Positions 62,250 to 64,000 of a stretch of 64,000 nt of DNA are shown here, piece by piece. The notes under the pieces are model-generated. The model was not told the DNA's origin. It searched no databases and saw only the letters and a list, made by a program, of their open reading frames with translations. The position numbers were made by a program, and so were the translations under genes. The DNA lies in contig NC_059426.1 of the NCBI RefSeq assembly GCF_021028975.2, forward strand, positions 25,296,001-25,360,000, given 5' to 3'. Position 1 is the first letter of the stretch; the number at the start of each line of letters is the position of its first letter. The stretch comes from Sphaerodactylus townsendi (lineage: Eukaryota).

Positions 62250-62950
62250 GTTGGTGAACGCCGGCTGCCGTGTCACCCAATACATCTTGGCGCTCCTCCC
62301 TAACGCCCGCCCGGGAAAGCCTCTCCTCCTCCAAGGGCCAAGCCCCGCAACCTTGCCAGAGGGGCTGGGCGGCCCTTTTCTGAGCCGGCCCCGGAACCAC
62401 ATGTGACACGTTAGGAGGGACGGACTCTCAAGGATGCTTCTTGGCCAGAAAGAGGAGGAGGAGGAAAGGGAAGTGGAAAAAGTGGCGGCGACACCTCCCG
62501 GCGGCTTAGCCCAGCCGCAGGCGTTGCCCTGCCCGGCCATGCCCCAGAAGGGATTCTCGGGCTTGGACCAGCGGGATTCCGCGGGAGCGAAGCAAGACTC
62601 TGTCAGGTGTGGCGGTGGGGGGGGGGGGAAATGAGAGGCGGTTGGGCGCGGGGCATTGTGGGTAACGGCCACCTGCGTTCGGAACCGCGCGGGAGCAACG
62701 GGCCCTCGCAGGAGAAGCGGAGCGAGAGGCGGGGCTTGATAAGGACTGTCCACCAGTAGGGCGCGGGGCATTGTGGGTAGCGGCCACCTTGGTTCGGAAC
62801 CGCGCGTGAGCAGCGGGCGCTGGCAAAAGGGGCGGGGCGGAGCGAGGGGAGGGGCTTGATAAGGCCCCCTCCACCAGTGGAGAGAAGTTCACTGGACGCC
62901 TCCCACTCTGAGGCGGGAGGAACTACCGACCCGGATGGCTTTGGACGTTC
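62250..62950. promoter_or_regulatory. CpG island / bidirectional PJVK-PRKRA promoter
   Basis: Abrupt rise in GC and CpG; GC boxes; two ZNF143/Staf-type sites TACCCACAATGCCCCGCG (- strand, 62647-62664 and 62762-62779). Confidence 0.75.
62539..62606 (+). CDS. PRKRA: Probable PRKRA (PACT) coding exon 1; gene continues beyond the window
   Basis: GGCCATGC start inside the CpG island; MPQKGFSGLDQRDSAGAKQDSV then AG|GT in phase 2 (68 nt). Position, orientation, size and phase fit PRKRA exon 1 head-to-head with PJVK, but peptide similarity alone is weak. Confidence 0.6.
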
Positions 62951-64000
62951 CACCCTCTTTCCTTTTGCAAATGAGGATGCTTGGGTAACCCCTAATTTCT
63001 CTGCATGTTTTTTTTTTTGCAACTGCACCCCCCCTCGACTCCAGCTTTGCACAATAATATAAACACTAGAAAAGGCATAAACGGTGGGGTTAATCAGTGC
63101 AGAAATCTCCCCAAAATGAAGGGGTGGGGGGAAGAGGCTGGTTTTTTTGCCCTACTAATAAAATCCTCCTTGCTAGTCAAAAGCAAGGGGTGGGTGGAGG
63201 AAACACGAGGAAGGTGAGCCAGGGTGATCCACCTGTGAGGAAATTGCAAACCACGTTTGGATTCTGGCTGGACAGCTTGAAAAACAATGAATTAATAATT
63301 GGGGGAAGACAAGTAAATGAAAAAAAAAAGAGTCTGGCATTTTCAATGCGGCATAGTCAATCATAATGTACATGTGTTCACCAACTCGTATGGCTTTCCA
63401 TTTCAAGGTGAAACATTGAGCTTCCTGGTAAATGACCAGCCTTTATTTGGGGAAGCTGCAGACACTTAAGCCTGTTTTTTGGCAGGTTGTGTCCACAAAA
63501 AGCTTCTCTGCATCTGACCATCTTTCAGCCTGTAGAAGAAGTGTTTTCAACTGTTTCCATATTATGGTTATTGAGCAGATTCAGAGCACTAAAGAGTCCT
63601 CTGTGTAAGCACTGGGTCATTACTGATGCATGGAGTGACGTGACACTGACTTTTACAGTACTAGGAGACTGTAATATTATTTAATGTTAGTTTTAATCAA
63701 GAGGGAAAGTGTATGGACTTGAGTGTGTTCTATGGCACGAGCATTCTACAAAGTGAGAAATGATGTACTATTTAAAGATAACGCTGTATTATCTCTATCA
63801 CTGTTACTATCTACAAATGTCTCTGCTTTTATTTTTATAATGGGATATAAACATGTTCATGTAGTTAACAATTTGCTTGATTATATATCGGTAGGAGAGG
63901 AAGAAAGTTGGTTCATTTGAAATGTTGTGATTCAGGAATGTTTTACAGATACTGTGGATTGCCAAAAAGGCACATCGTTGCGTTCTAGATCAAGTCAAGG

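Noticed and set aside
60241-62400. Non-coding first exon of PJVK
   Set aside because: It is expected near the CpG island but cannot be placed reliably without transcript data
62434-62538. Upstream in-frame ATG extending PRKRA exon 1 (MLLGQKEEEE...)
   Set aside because: It cannot be excluded, but the ATG at 62539 gives an exon size matching known PRKRA; left unannotated

Overview
Vertebrate genomic DNA, most likely a squamate reptile; the repeat content suggests a gecko, which is an inference. The window holds the conserved PLEKHA3-FKBP7-PJVK-PRKRA block. PLEKHA3/FAPP1 is complete (- strand, 8 coding exons, 299 aa), as are FKBP7 (+ strand, 4 exons, 221 aa, ends HDEL) and PJVK/pejvakin (- strand, 6 coding exons, 353 aa). 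The probable first coding exon of PRKRA/PACT is on the + strand. All exon junctions were read by hand as GT-AG and splice in frame. Two CpG-rich head-to-head promoters lie at PLEKHA3/FKBP7 and PJVK/PRKRA. Introns and intergenic DNA are dense with tRNA- and 5S-derived SINEs, CR1/L2/RTE-X-like LINE remnants, Penelope-derived fragments and many non-autonomous DNA transposons with visible TIRs/TSDs (hAT including SPIN-like, Harbinger-like, Tc1/mariner-like). There is one 162-N assembly gap. I found no novel protein-coding system; almost all other ORF-track entries are repeat-derived or spurious. The best leads are regulatory or RNA-level: decayed hammerhead-ribozyme motifs in Penelope remnants, a palindromic hAT MITE carrying ACTACAATTCCCA motifs, a tandem duplication of a ZNF143 site at PRKRA/PJVK, an in-frame uORF abutting the PLEKHA3 start, and an antisense CR1 probably inside the FKBP7 3' UTR. 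Repeat family names come from recalled consensus features and need a Dfam/Repbase check.
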